Positions 19,389-29,257 of a DNA stretch of 40,914 nucleotides are shown here, in pieces. Under the pieces are notes generated by a model. The model was not told the origin of the DNA, searched no databases, and saw nothing but the letters and a program-made list of their open reading frames with translations. Position 1 is the first letter of the stretch. Each line of letters starts with the position of its first letter. Both the position numbers and the translations under genes were made by a program. Origin of the DNA: Candidatus Bathyarchaeota archaeon (GTDB taxonomy: Archaea; Thermoproteota; Bathyarchaeia; 40CM-2-53-6; RBG-13-38-9); assembly GCA_030671315.1 (NCBI GenBank), contig DAOUZW010000001.1, positions 1 to 40,914 on the forward strand. Reading direction: 5' to 3'.

Positions 19389-19591
19389 AGTGGCAAATTC
19401 GTCGATGCAACAAATGTAAAGAATATACACTAAATTATATTTGTCCAAGATGCAAAACTGAAACAGAAACATCTATTCCACCAAAATTCTCTTTGCATGA
19501 TAAGTACGCAAGATACAGAATAGAAGAATTAAAAATTCATGAAGAAAAAAATAATGAAAAACAGCACGAAGATAAACAGAAACAACCATAG
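19385..19591 (+). CDS. nop10: H/ACA RNP protein Nop10
   Basis: KWQIRRCNKCKEYTL...CPRC...PPKFSLHDKYARYR. The TTG start overlaps the aIF2-alpha TGA. Confidence 0.88.
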   Translation: MKWQIRRCNKCKEYTLNYICPRCKTETETSIPPKFSLHDKYARYRIEELKIHEEKNNEKQHEDKQKQP

Positions 19592-19691
19592 GACCAAGTT
19601 CGTGCTAGCAGAACTGAAGAAAAATGTATCAGGTTCTGAAAGGAGCCGCGCACACTAATATTAGCTATATATAATAATTAGATTTCAGTTA

Positions 19692-22442
19692 TCACTCTGC
19701 CAGAGGTATTTCGTGTACTGTAACCACTAAGGTTTCACTTATCATAGGTGCATACTCTTCTGTACCTGCCCATGATGCACGGACATAATAGACTCCTACA
19801 TCCTCAGGAGTCCATGTAGGTGTCCAGACACCTTCAGCAGGCTGTCCAACTATAACGGGTACCCAAGTCAAGTTATCTAAACTAGCTTCGAAATTGACTA
19901 GTCCAACTGATAGTGGGGGACTTATTCTTACATCCACGCTTACATTTTCGCCAATACTTATTATTGTAGGTTCTACGATCAGTCGTACATGTGGTTCTCC
20001 TTTTAGTACTTCTAATTCTTGTGCCGAACTCATACTTGAAGCATATTTATCTGGAAGCCCATCAAAACTTGCTCTAATGAGAAATTGTCCTACAGTTGGT
20101 TCCCAGACATGGCTGTAGGTTCCGTTTTCCGCTGTTTCGACAGATTTTAGAAGATACCAAGATTGTCCATTATCATTAGAAATTTGCAAATTGACTGCCT
20201 GATTGCCTAAAGTTTTCGATTCTTCATCCAAGAGATCTCCTGATATCTCAATAGACTCAGGAAAAGTCACATTATTGCTCGGTAAATTAAGAGTAAGTTT
20301 GGTGGGGGTCAGATATTTTACTTCGTAGACTAACACGAATTTGTTGGATGAGAAGAATACTGGAACAAAGAATTCGTTTCCCGCTTCTTGAGAGTAGGCT
20401 CCAGCCATTAATAAGCCGAGTAAAGTTGATGGTGAAACTCCTTTGTCATCTACTATTGTCGTATTAGATATCTTCTTATCAGCAACAGTTAGAACACGGT
20501 CATATCTAGAATAAGCCGTCTCACCCTCCTCAACTCTTCTACTGTAGAAATGCACTGTTTCTTCATCTAATGTTGATCCATTGCTAATTCTAGCCATCCA
20601 ATACCATTTGCTATCTTCTCCGTAGCCATAGTAGCTTACAACATTCTCTCGCATATACCATGTTACGAGTAATGCGATATGAGTCACACCATATCTTTTG
20701 AGTATAGGCAGAGTTGCGTTATGATCAGCAAGGAAAGTTCTTCCGATCACTTCTATTTGTGTAGTATTCATAGTTCCATTATCGGCTAGTGAACGTCTAT
20801 CACCTACTGTCGTTATCCAGTATCCATAGTCCCACCATGCAAACACGACAGAGTCAACTTCAGTATTATCTTTCATCCAAGTCAATGCCTCCAGCCAGTC
20901 TTGAGGATTTTGCTGGATAGTGGGCAGGCTTGAAGTCACAATTGTCGGTGGAGAATAAGCTGAACGAATACCATTACTAAATGTTGGTGAAATTATCAAT
21001 AGAAGCACAAGTAGTATTGCAACACCGAATTCTTTACCTACTCTAGTCGTGAAGCGAATTCTCTTTTTTGGAAATATCACTGTTTCTTTTATAATATCCA
21101 TGGCGGGTGTTGCAAGCTCATTTATTGCAATCGCCGCCAAAATTGCGATTGCTGGACCTAGTATTAATGAAAGCCTAACAAGTGAGGCTGCAAAATACAG
21201 TGAGGTAATACCAAAAAGTATAATGAATATGTCATTGTCCCTCCGGCGTTTAGCAGCGAAGTAGAAACCGAATATCCCAAGTAAAGTCAACATTCCAAAC
21301 TCATGGTAGAAAGAAGCCCATGTAGCCATTCGATGCTCAGCCACAGATTCAACAATAGCCATGTCAATCCTAGCTGCTGGCTGTATAACTGCCATGAATT
21401 TTCCGCCTATTTGAGTTATCATACCATATTGTAATAATATGTAACCGATGGCTACTAGAAGTGCGACAGAAACAAATATACCTCCTAGCTTCGTCGCCGT
21501 AGTCTTCGCTCTTCGAGAAAATTCATAGCCACAGAGAATCAAAAATATCCCAGGTATAACAAAAGTTGTCCATTCTCTGAGCGCTTCAAAACCAAGTTGA
21601 GGAACTTGTCCCATGATTAAAAATGCAATTCCAAAAGTAATACCATAAGATAAGATGAGACGGCTAGAGTACCTTCCTAATATAACAAGTACAACTGAGA
21701 AAAGAGCTATTAGTGAAAGTGGATAGCGATAGGCTCCCCATCCTGATGCAAGGTAGCCTAAAGAAACTCCCGCCAAAAGTGCACAAATTATTGTTGATCT
21801 GTAAGTACGCTCTGGTGAAATTGCCCTTAAGTAGAAATAAAATGAAAGAATCATAGCAAATATGCCTATTGTCTCACCGTCGAAGAATCCAGCAGCGCTT
21901 CTGAATATATGCGACCCACTAAAGGCTAGGAAAAGGCCTGCTAAGATTGCAACTCCGCGTCCCCATAAATCCTTGGCAAAAATATACAATACAATACATG
22001 TTGCAGTACCGAATATTATTGGAAATATGACCGTGAGCTCAAGCACAGAGATTTGAATCCCAATCGAACGCACGAATGAATATAGCATCGCAGCTGTGAA
22101 CGCTAGACCAGGATAAGCTTGTGTTGTCATATCTCGTCCCCAAGGATACCAACTCATATTATCATACCAGCTGAAGAACGAGAAAAACCCATTATTGACA
22201 ACATGTTCGGTTATTCGATATTGCAGATAGGGATCGAACTCAGAAAGATATACTCCCCACCTTAAGGGTAGAGAACGAAGAAGTGCGGCAGCTACGGCAA
22301 CTACTAAAATGCATAGAAAATTCAGATATGAAGCTTTTGGAATGGAAGTGAGATACATCTTAAGTCTATTAAATAACGAAGTGCCTGATTCTTTCATTGA
22401 GCCAAGCACAGAACCGTGTAAAACACCTTCGGATCTCGACAA
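19692..22442 (-). CDS. aglB: Oligosaccharyltransferase AglB, STT3-like, with two C-terminal beta-sandwich (Ig-like) repeats
   Basis: FDPYLQYR (first acidic-loop motif), WWDYGYW, ADNGTMNTTQI (compare eukaryotic DNNTWNNTHI) and the DK-type motif EDSKWYWMARI. About 13 TM segments. Start is TTG 22442 or ATG 22397. Confidence 0.92.
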   Translation of the reverse strand: MSRSEGVLHGSVLGSMKESGTSLFNRLKMYLTSIPKASYLNFLCILVVAVAAALLRSLPLRWGVYLSEFDPYLQYRITEHVVNNGFFSFFSWYDNMSWYPWGRDMTTQAYPGLAFTAAMLYSFVRSIGIQISVLELTVIFPIIFGTATCIVLYIFAKDLWGRGVAILAGLFLAFSGSHIFRSAAGFFDGETIGIFAMILSFYFYLRAISPERTYRSTIICALLAGVSLGYLASGWGAYRYPLSLIALFSVVLVILGRYSSRLILSYGITFGIAFLIMGQVPQLGFEALREWTTFVIPGIFLILCGYEFSRRAKTTATKLGGIFVSVALLVAIGYILLQYGMITQIGGKFMAVIQPAARIDMAIVESVAEHRMATWASFYHEFGMLTLLGIFGFYFAAKRRRDNDIFIILFGITSLYFAASLVRLSLILGPAIAILAAIAINELATPAMDIIKETVIFPKKRIRFTTRVGKEFGVAILLVLLLIISPTFSNGIRSAYSPPTIVTSSLPTIQQNPQDWLEALTWMKDNTEVDSVVFAWWDYGYWITTVGDRRSLADNGTMNTTQIEVIGRTFLADHNATLPILKRYGVTHIALLVTWYMRENVVSYYGYGEDSKWYWMARISNGSTLDEETVHFYSRRVEEGETAYSRYDRVLTVADKKISNTTIVDDKGVSPSTLLGLLMAGAYSQEAGNEFFVPVFFSSNKFVLVYEVKYLTPTKLTLNLPSNNVTFPESIEISGDLLDEESKTLGNQAVNLQISNDNGQSWYLLKSVETAENGTYSHVWEPTVGQFLIRASFDGLPDKYASSMSSAQELEVLKGEPHVRLIVEPTIISIGENVSVDVRISPPLSVGLVNFEASLDNLTWVPVIVGQPAEGVWTPTWTPEDVGVYYVRASWAGTEEYAPMISETLVVTVHEIPLAE

Positions 22443-22569
22443 CAGCCATTCCTCATTAACTCTAACGGGAGCTTTGTATGAACCTTATTTGTGTTATGGT
22501 TGAATTAAGAGTTCTCTTTGAAGCTAAAATATAAGGACTGTTGCGTGTTTAAGGTGTGAGTAGCACAAA

Positions 22570-25500
22570 TTGGCTAGGCGATGTATCGGTAAAATACCGC
22601 AGAATTACTCTTTCAGTAAGATAGAAAAGAGAATTCTGGGAGCTTGGAATAAAAACCGTATTTACCAAAAGGTTAAGCAGCAACTCAAAGACCAGAAAAA
22701 ATTCTATTTTCTGGATGGCCCACCTTACGTAACAAATCCTCCCCATGTTGGAACAGCTTGGAATAAAATATTAAAGGATTCTTTGATCAGACACCGGAGA
22801 ATGTTGGGGTATAATGTTAGAGATCAACCTGGTTATGATTGTCATGGACTCCCAATAGAAGTGAAGGTTGAACAAGATCTTAATATAAAAAGTAAGAGGG
22901 AAATTGAAGAGTCAATAACAATATCAAAATTTATTGAACACTGTAAACGTTATGCCCAACAGAATATTAATATCCAGACGAAAATCTTCAAGGAACTAGG
23001 AGTCTGGATGGATTGGGATAATCCTTACCTCACATTCAAGAATGAGTACATTGAGTCTGTCTGGTGGGTAATAAAAAGAGCAGACGAAAAAAAACTACTT
23101 CAAAAAGGAATGAAAGTTGTTCACTGGTGTCCACGTTGTGAGACAGCCCTATCTGGATATGAGGTCACAGATGAATATAGAACGATAAAGGATCAATCAA
23201 TCTATGTGAAATTTCCTGTTGAAGGTAAAGACAATGAATTTATACTGATTTGGACAACGACTCCTTGGACGCTGCCAGCTAATCTTGCGATAATGGTAAA
23301 CCCAGAGCTTGACTACACAAAAGTCAAAGTTGGAAATGAAACCTATATTCTCGCTGAATCTCGACGTAATACAATTCTTAAAGGACATCCTCAAGAAGTC
23401 ATAGATACCTTCAAAGGAAAAAAATTAGAAGGTCTAAAATACAAACCACCTTTACTAGAAGAAGTCATAATTCAATCACAACCTGAACTCCGCGATACGC
23501 ATTTGATTATTTTAAGTAAAGATCATGTTTCCGCTGAGGAGGGGACTGGATGCGTTCATTGTGCACCTGGTCATGGAGAAGAGGATTTTGATGTTGGACA
23601 GAAAAACAGACTTCCAGTTATAAGTCCAGTTAATCAAGCTGGAAGATTTACACAGGAAGCTGGAAAATATTCTGGGTTATATGTTTTTAATGCAAACTCA
23701 GTTATCGTTGAAGATCTTAAATTCAAATCTTTGTTATTTAAGACCTCTACAATTGAACATTCCTATCCGCACTGCTGGCGTTGCAAGACACCTTTGATTC
23801 TAAGGGCTACAGAGCAATGGTTCATCAAGATCACAGATTTGAAACAAAGATTGTATGAAGAGAATGAAAAAGTAAAGTGGAATCCTGAGTGGGCTGGAAG
23901 TAAAAGATTCAGAGACTGGTTGCTTGGGGCAAGAGACTGGGTTATATCCAGACAACGGTACTGGGGAACACCTATGCCCATCTGGATCTGCTGTGAATGT
24001 GGTAGAAGAACGGTCATAGGTTCAGAAAAAGAGCTCAGAAGCAGAGCTAGAAAAATAGGATCCAAGATTGAGTTGCATAGGCAAGATGTCGATCCAATTA
24101 AGCTCAGTTGTGAATGTGGTGGAACTATGAGTCGAATACCTGATATTGTAGATGTTTGGATGGACTCAGGTGCATCTTCTTGGGCTTGTTTGCATTATCC
24201 TCGCGATGAAATGGAATTCAAGAAATGGTGGCCTGCAGATCTAATTGTTGAAGCTCACGACCAGACACGGGGTTGGTTCTATTCGCTTCTTGGAGCAGGT
24301 GTTATCGCATTTGATGAAACTCCTTACAAAGCAGTTTTGATGCATGGTCATACTTTCAATGCGAAAGGTGACAAAATGAGTAAGTCTGCAGGAGATTTTA
24401 TCTCACCTCAGGAAATTGTGAAGAAATATGGAAGAGATTCCCTTCGTTTTTATGAGCTTCAACGTACAATATGGGAAGACTTCAACTTCTCAATATCAAC
24501 TATTGAGGAGACGTTTAGAGACCTTAAGGTAATATGGAATATCTACGCTTTTGCTAGCATCTATATGAATCTTGACTCATTCCAACCCGAAAAATATGCC
24601 ATAGAAAAGAAGACTTTTCGACAAGAAGACATATGGCTACTCTCTAGGACAGAAAGCTTGAAGCTCCTTGTAAATAAGGAAATGGAAAACCTCAATGTAC
24701 ATAAGGCTGCTAGGATTTTAAATAAGTTTGCAGTAGAGGATCTCAGTCGATGGTACATTAAACTTGTTAGACGAAGATTCTGGCAAGAGAAAGAGAGCCT
24801 TGATAAATTAGCTTCATATTCAAGTCTTTATAATGCTCTCAAAACATGGCTTCTCCTGAGCGCCCCATTTATACCATTCTTCACGGAGGAGCTTTATCAA
24901 AAGATGATAAAACCTTCTGAGTCAAAACCCTATGAAAGCATTCACATGAGCCCTTATCCTAAGCCCAATGCGGATTGGATTGAATCCTCATTAGAAGAGA
25001 ATATGGAACTCGCAAAAGAATTGGTAGGTGCAGCTCTTAGCGCAAGACAAACTGCAAAAATAAAACTAAGACAACCGATCTCACGAATAATAATCGTAAC
25101 AGATGATCCTTCTGTCAAAAGAGCAGTTGAGAAATTAGAGCAAATAATCTTCTCTCAAGTAAATACAAGAAAGATTGAATTCATGAATATTGATGAAGGG
25201 GAGAAGTTTAAGGAACTCAAGGCAATACCGAACTACAAAACGTTAGGACCAACGTTCAAAAAAGAAGCTAATCTTGTTGCAGAGTTGATAAAGAAACTTG
25301 ATGGAAGAAAAGCGTTTGTTGAAATCAAAGATAGGGGTAGTTATGACATCGAGTTTGAGGGAAAACATTACACATTGAACTCAGAGATGATTATACTTAG
25401 AGAGGAGATGGCGGAGAACTTCGTACCTGGGGTATTCAGCAGAGGACGAGTTTATGTTGATGTCACAATGCCTAAAAATCTTATCACAGAAGGCTTAGCT

Positions 25501-25812
25501 AGAGATGTTGTACGACGGATGCAAGAGATGCGGCGACAAATGAATTTGCCTGTCGATGCTTATGTCAATGCATATTTGATCTCTCCTCGTGAAATGGAAA
25601 AGTCTTTGATAAAAAGAAAAACCTACATCGCAGAAGAAGTAAGGATAAAGAAATTGAACTTTATCAAAAAAAGATCAAAAAAGACTCACGTTGATCTTTG
25701 GAGAGAATGGTTGATAGATGGTAGTAGCTATTTCATGGGACTTCAGAGGATTGTGAAAAAGAAATCAAATCGTTCCAAGAGATCAAATCAACGAACGAAA
25801 CGAAGATCATAA
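22570..25812 (+). CDS. ileS: Isoleucyl-tRNA synthetase
   Basis: HIGH-type PPHVGTAW, KMSKS, a CP1 editing region and zinc cysteines (CPRC, CWRC, CCEC). A TTG start is required. Confidence 0.93.
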   Translation: MARRCIGKIPQNYSFSKIEKRILGAWNKNRIYQKVKQQLKDQKKFYFLDGPPYVTNPPHVGTAWNKILKDSLIRHRRMLGYNVRDQPGYDCHGLPIEVKVEQDLNIKSKREIEESITISKFIEHCKRYAQQNINIQTKIFKELGVWMDWDNPYLTFKNEYIESVWWVIKRADEKKLLQKGMKVVHWCPRCETALSGYEVTDEYRTIKDQSIYVKFPVEGKDNEFILIWTTTPWTLPANLAIMVNPELDYTKVKVGNETYILAESRRNTILKGHPQEVIDTFKGKKLEGLKYKPPLLEEVIIQSQPELRDTHLIILSKDHVSAEEGTGCVHCAPGHGEEDFDVGQKNRLPVISPVNQAGRFTQEAGKYSGLYVFNANSVIVEDLKFKSLLFKTSTIEHSYPHCWRCKTPLILRATEQWFIKITDLKQRLYEENEKVKWNPEWAGSKRFRDWLLGARDWVISRQRYWGTPMPIWICCECGRRTVIGSEKELRSRARKIGSKIELHRQDVDPIKLSCECGGTMSRIPDIVDVWMDSGASSWACLHYPRDEMEFKKWWPADLIVEAHDQTRGWFYSLLGAGVIAFDETPYKAVLMHGHTFNAKGDKMSKSAGDFISPQEIVKKYGRDSLRFYELQRTIWEDFNFSISTIEETFRDLKVIWNIYAFASIYMNLDSFQPEKYAIEKKTFRQEDIWLLSRTESLKLLVNKEMENLNVHKAARILNKFAVEDLSRWYIKLVRRRFWQEKESLDKLASYSSLYNALKTWLLLSAPFIPFFTEELYQKMIKPSESKPYESIHMSPYPKPNADWIESSLEENMELAKELVGAALSARQTAKIKLRQPISRIIIVTDDPSVKRAVEKLEQIIFSQVNTRKIEFMNIDEGEKFKELKAIPNYKTLGPTFKKEANLVAELIKKLDGRKAFVEIKDRGSYDIEFEGKHYTLNSEMIILREEMAENFVPGVFSRGRVYVDVTMPKNLITEGLARDVVRRMQEMRRQMNLPVDAYVNAYLISPREMEKSLIKRKTYIAEEVRIKKLNFIKKRSKKTHVDLWREWLIDGSSYFMGLQRIVKKKSNRSKRSNQRTKRRS

Positions 25813-25892
25813 CAAACTAACTTTAGTCACTAGTTTATCAGATTATCTTTATTATTCCTCCACTTGTGCATGGAAATTATCTACCGTGCATC

Positions 25893-26594
25893 CTAGGATA
25901 TAGTCCAAATTGGTATGAGTTTTGAGAATGCTTGTTCAAAGATAGTCTCTGCCATCTTAGTATATCCAGCAGTATTAAGGTGAAGACCATCACTTGAATA
26001 CTTCTTGTCCAACTTATTTGTACCTAGGGTTATTGTAGATGCAAAAAGATCAACACATACAATTTCATTATCAAAGCAATAGTCCTCTATCATTTCGTTA
26101 AGTTCTAGTCTAGGTTTTATCGAGGGTTCCGGACCAATAGTTGATGGAACAGTACAAGCTATTACTTCTATTCCTGCAGAAGATGATTTATCATACATTT
26201 GAGTTAAATTATCCATAATTTCTTCGGTTTCTATTGACCAACCTATATCATTAGACCCACCTAGAATTGTGGCATAAGATGGTTTTACAGATAACACATC
26301 ACTGTCTAGTCTTTGTAGCATATCTGCTGTTAATTCTCCACTGACTCCTTTGTTGTAGAAGATTACGTTCAATAGTTTTAGCTTGTTGATTTTTTCCAAA
26401 GAAGTATCAATCATCTGCTTAAGATGATCTGTATATGGGGTCATCTTAGGTAGAGGTGAGCCCGATGTGGGAGATTGATATCCTGCGGTCAGACTATTAC
26501 CAAATGCAACTACCAAAATTTGTTTTGCTTTTACCTTCTTATTTGCTTCCGAGTCTACTTTCTCTGTTAGTTTCCCAGATTTACGTGGTAACAA
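25893..26594 (-). CDS. SGNH/GDSL-family hydrolase (esterase/lipase-like)
   Basis: Block I FGNSLTAG, block III GGSNDIG and block V SDGLHLN. TTG start. Confidence 0.7.
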   Translation of the reverse strand: MLPRKSGKLTEKVDSEANKKVKAKQILVVAFGNSLTAGYQSPTSGSPLPKMTPYTDHLKQMIDTSLEKINKLKLLNVIFYNKGVSGELTADMLQRLDSDVLSVKPSYATILGGSNDIGWSIETEEIMDNLTQMYDKSSSAGIEVIACTVPSTIGPEPSIKPRLELNEMIEDYCFDNEIVCVDLFASTITLGTNKLDKKYSSDGLHLNTAGYTKMAETIFEQAFSKLIPIWTIS

Positions 26595-26843
26595 AGTTCT
26601 ATTCTCCCTTAAGCAGAAATCCGATTAAGTTTCACAAATATTTATGGATATTCCATTTTACTAGAGTATTAAAACATGAGACTTGAATTATATATGTAGA
26701 TAATTTTATCCTCTTAAAGAATATGAATTAGTAACCCTTACCCAGAGGACTCAACGCACACTAACAAAAATTGATATTAACTAAAGTCTGATAAGTTCAT
26801 TACCATAAAATTTGTTTGATATAGATATTGACAATAAGAAAAA

Positions 26844-27314
26844 TTGTCGGGATATGATATCTTGACTTTGGATAAAATCTATCTACAAACACTTGACTTT
26901 TTTGATTCTTCTAAAATATTGCCGATCATCATAATAGTAGTGGTTGTAGTTGCCCTGATTATCATGGCTATGTTAATTCTTAATAGAAGACCAAGTCGCA
27001 AATCAAATTTCCACCCTCGCGGATTAGACTATAAAAATTATCCTTATGAGATGCATATGAGTTCTGAGGGATCACCTATAGCGACAGTTCTTGAGATGTT
27101 AAGGAGAGATTTGGAAGACTTGTCTATAGCCCATTCTTCTGGACGCATCAACAAAAGAGATTATCAAGAAAGAGTGGTAGAAATTAAGAAAACATTCCAA
27201 GATCTAAAGGAACTTAGAGAGATCATTCCTGAAACCAAGAAATGTGTTAGATGTAATACTGAGATTCTTAGAGACGCCTCGTTTTGTGATAGATGTGGCA
27301 CCAAACAGTCCTGA
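26844..27314 (+). CDS. Small single-pass membrane protein with a SHOCT-like helix and a C-terminal zinc ribbon
   Basis: TM segment LPIIIIVVVVVALIIMAMLIL, then SGRINKRDYQERVVEIKK (SHOCT-like), then CVRC...CDRCG. The start codon is uncertain. Confidence 0.45.
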   Translation: MSGYDILTLDKIYLQTLDFFDSSKILPIIIIVVVVVALIIMAMLILNRRPSRKSNFHPRGLDYKNYPYEMHMSSEGSPIATVLEMLRRDLEDLSIAHSSGRINKRDYQERVVEIKKTFQDLKELREIIPETKKCVRCNTEILRDASFCDRCGTKQS

Positions 27315-27439
27315 TAGATTGATCTTCTTCCTAACATGACTAGATAACCTAAAATGGGAGTCTATCTCGCAAAAACCAGATAGAGAATAAACATTATCTT
27401 CAAGATTGCATTGTATCCAAATAAAAGAGGGTTGAAAGA

Positions 27440-28747
27440 TTGTCTATTGATCTTTCATGTGAAATCTGCAATGTTACTTTCAAAAATCCGTTTATACTTT
27501 CATCAGCTACGCCAACAAAGACTACTCGAAATATTGTGAGAGGAATTGAGGCTGGTTGGGCAGGAGCCGTAATGAAGACCTTGGTTCCTCAAGAATATGC
27601 AAGAGTATACCCTAGGCCACGTTTCAAAATATATTGGTTGAAAGATCAAGGAGCTTATCCAAAAATAATACCTCGTTCATTCTCGATAACAGATATCGAA
27701 GAGGGTTCACATCTAAATCCAGAAGATTATGTGAAGGAACTCGATAACACAAAAAAGGCCGTTGGAGATGATGGTGTTATTATTGGAAGTATAACTGCTG
27801 GTGATATGGATACTTGGGAAAAATACATTGAGCTAATAAATGGTTCAAGGGCAGACATTTTAGAATTGAACTTTTCCTGTCCTTATGCCGGAGAGCCCGG
27901 TACTAAAAAAAAGGGAGAGAGATTAGGTTGGACATTAATGTATATGGCTGAAGATGTCTTACGACTTGCGAAAAAAAAATGTTCGATACCTTTTACACCA
28001 AAAATTTCCTCTCAAACAGGCGAAGTTGATGATTGGGCTAAGCGATTTGAGGCTGCAGGTTCACCATGCTTGACATTATCACATAGGATCTCAACTCTTG
28101 ATGTTGATATAGAATCAGGAAAACCCATACCCTTCGGTTGTATTGGAGGCTTTGGAGGTCCTTATTTGATAGGATTCTCTTTAAAGTGGATTGCTAAAAC
28201 TGCGCCAAAGGTTAATGTACCTATCATAGCTTGCATGGGAATGCTTGAGTGGAGTGATACGATAAAGTACATTATGGTTGGAGCCTCAGCAATACAGAGT
28301 TGTTCAGCTGTCATGGTCCAAGGATACGATGTAGTCAAACATTGGCTTAAAATGATTAATGATTACATGAGAGAGCATAGTTACACATCAATAGAGGAAT
28401 TGAGAGGAATTGCTCTGAATCAAATCAATCCTCCTACAATGGTAGAGAGAGGGAATGAAGGAGTATATGCTGTCGTTGATCGATCTAAATGCACAGGATG
28501 TGGAATATGCAAACGTTGCTGTTTCTATTTTGCCATAGATATCAAAGAGGGAAAAGCAGAAATTGACCTTAAAAATTGTGATGGATGTGGACTCTGTCAT
28601 GAAGTCTGTCCAGAAAATGCAATAGTTGCAGAGAAGACAATGGAAAAAGATGCATATCCTAGGCCAGACTCTAAACCATACCACAGACATTATATGCCAA
28701 AATTAAACTCTAACCAACAAGAGATCTGTGGACTTTCTAAGGAATAA
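27440..28747 (+). CDS. Dihydroorotate/dihydropyrimidine dehydrogenase-like flavoprotein fused to a 2x[4Fe-4S] ferredoxin domain
   Basis: FKNPFILSSA, ELNFSCPY (class-1 DHODH-type active-site Cys loop), GGFGGP, and C-terminal CTGCGICKRCC plus CDGCGLCHEVCP. TTG start. Confidence 0.7.
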   Translation: MSIDLSCEICNVTFKNPFILSSATPTKTTRNIVRGIEAGWAGAVMKTLVPQEYARVYPRPRFKIYWLKDQGAYPKIIPRSFSITDIEEGSHLNPEDYVKELDNTKKAVGDDGVIIGSITAGDMDTWEKYIELINGSRADILELNFSCPYAGEPGTKKKGERLGWTLMYMAEDVLRLAKKKCSIPFTPKISSQTGEVDDWAKRFEAAGSPCLTLSHRISTLDVDIESGKPIPFGCIGGFGGPYLIGFSLKWIAKTAPKVNVPIIACMGMLEWSDTIKYIMVGASAIQSCSAVMVQGYDVVKHWLKMINDYMREHSYTSIEELRGIALNQINPPTMVERGNEGVYAVVDRSKCTGCGICKRCCFYFAIDIKEGKAEIDLKNCDGCGLCHEVCPENAIVAEKTMEKDAYPRPDSKPYHRHYMPKLNSNQQEICGLSKE

Positions 28748-28774
28748 AAAGTAGTTAGAACATTGTTGGTTTTT

Positions 28775-29188
28775 TCATTTCTGTTCGATTATAGTTTTTA
28801 GAAAGTCCCCATATTTGTTTGCATCCATTAAGGCTGAAAGTTCCTGATCAAGGTTTGAAGGTTTGATAATCGCCACCCATCCATCACCATATGGAGTCTC
28901 ATTTACCCGCTCTGGATTGTCAGGTAGACTAGTATTGACTTCAATAATGTCTCCTGATACTGGAGAGAAGAAATCTGAAACAGCTTTGACAGATTCCAGC
29001 GTTCCGGCTGGTTTCATGTGCTCCACTTTTGAATCAACGTTTGGAAGTTCGACAAAAACAACTTCGTGCAACGCTTTTTGAGCGTAATCGGTTATACCCA
29101 CTCGACATTTGTCGTCTTCTACTTTGATCCAAGTATGTTCCTTCGTATAAAATAATCCTTCAGGAACTTCATAATCATTGATCTTCAA
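28775..29188 (-). CDS. gcvH: Glycine cleavage system H protein (lipoyl carrier)
   Basis: EGLFYTKEHTWIKVED...GITDYAQ...LESVKAVSD (lipoyl-lysine motif). TTG start. Confidence 0.9.
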   Translation of the reverse strand: MKINDYEVPEGLFYTKEHTWIKVEDDKCRVGITDYAQKALHEVVFVELPNVDSKVEHMKPAGTLESVKAVSDFFSPVSGDIIEVNTSLPDNPERVNETPYGDGWVAIIKPSNLDQELSALMDANKYGDFLKTIIEQK

Positions 29189-29257
29189 TACTCAATCTCA
29201 TCTCTTTAATTTTAAAATTTGTAATAATTATTAACAGTATATATCAGTGTCTAAAGA

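Noticed and set aside
19609-19638. Hairpin cagaac-N18-gttctg in the convergent nop10/aglB spacer
   Set aside because: A 6-bp stem with a large loop is not distinguishable from chance.
26595-26843. The 249-bp AT-rich spacer as a replication origin or ncRNA locus
   Set aside because: No ORB-like repeats, no adjacent orc1/cdc6, no GC-rich structured segment and no credible small ORF on either strand. It is most simply the divergent promoter region for the SGNH hydrolase and the 26844 gene.
27361-27384. Hairpin tctatct-N10-agataga downstream of the 26844 ORF, considered as a terminator or riboregulator
   Set aside because: It has only a 7-bp A/T-rich stem and no adjacent oligo-T tract. Similar short dyads are expected by chance in AT-rich spacers.
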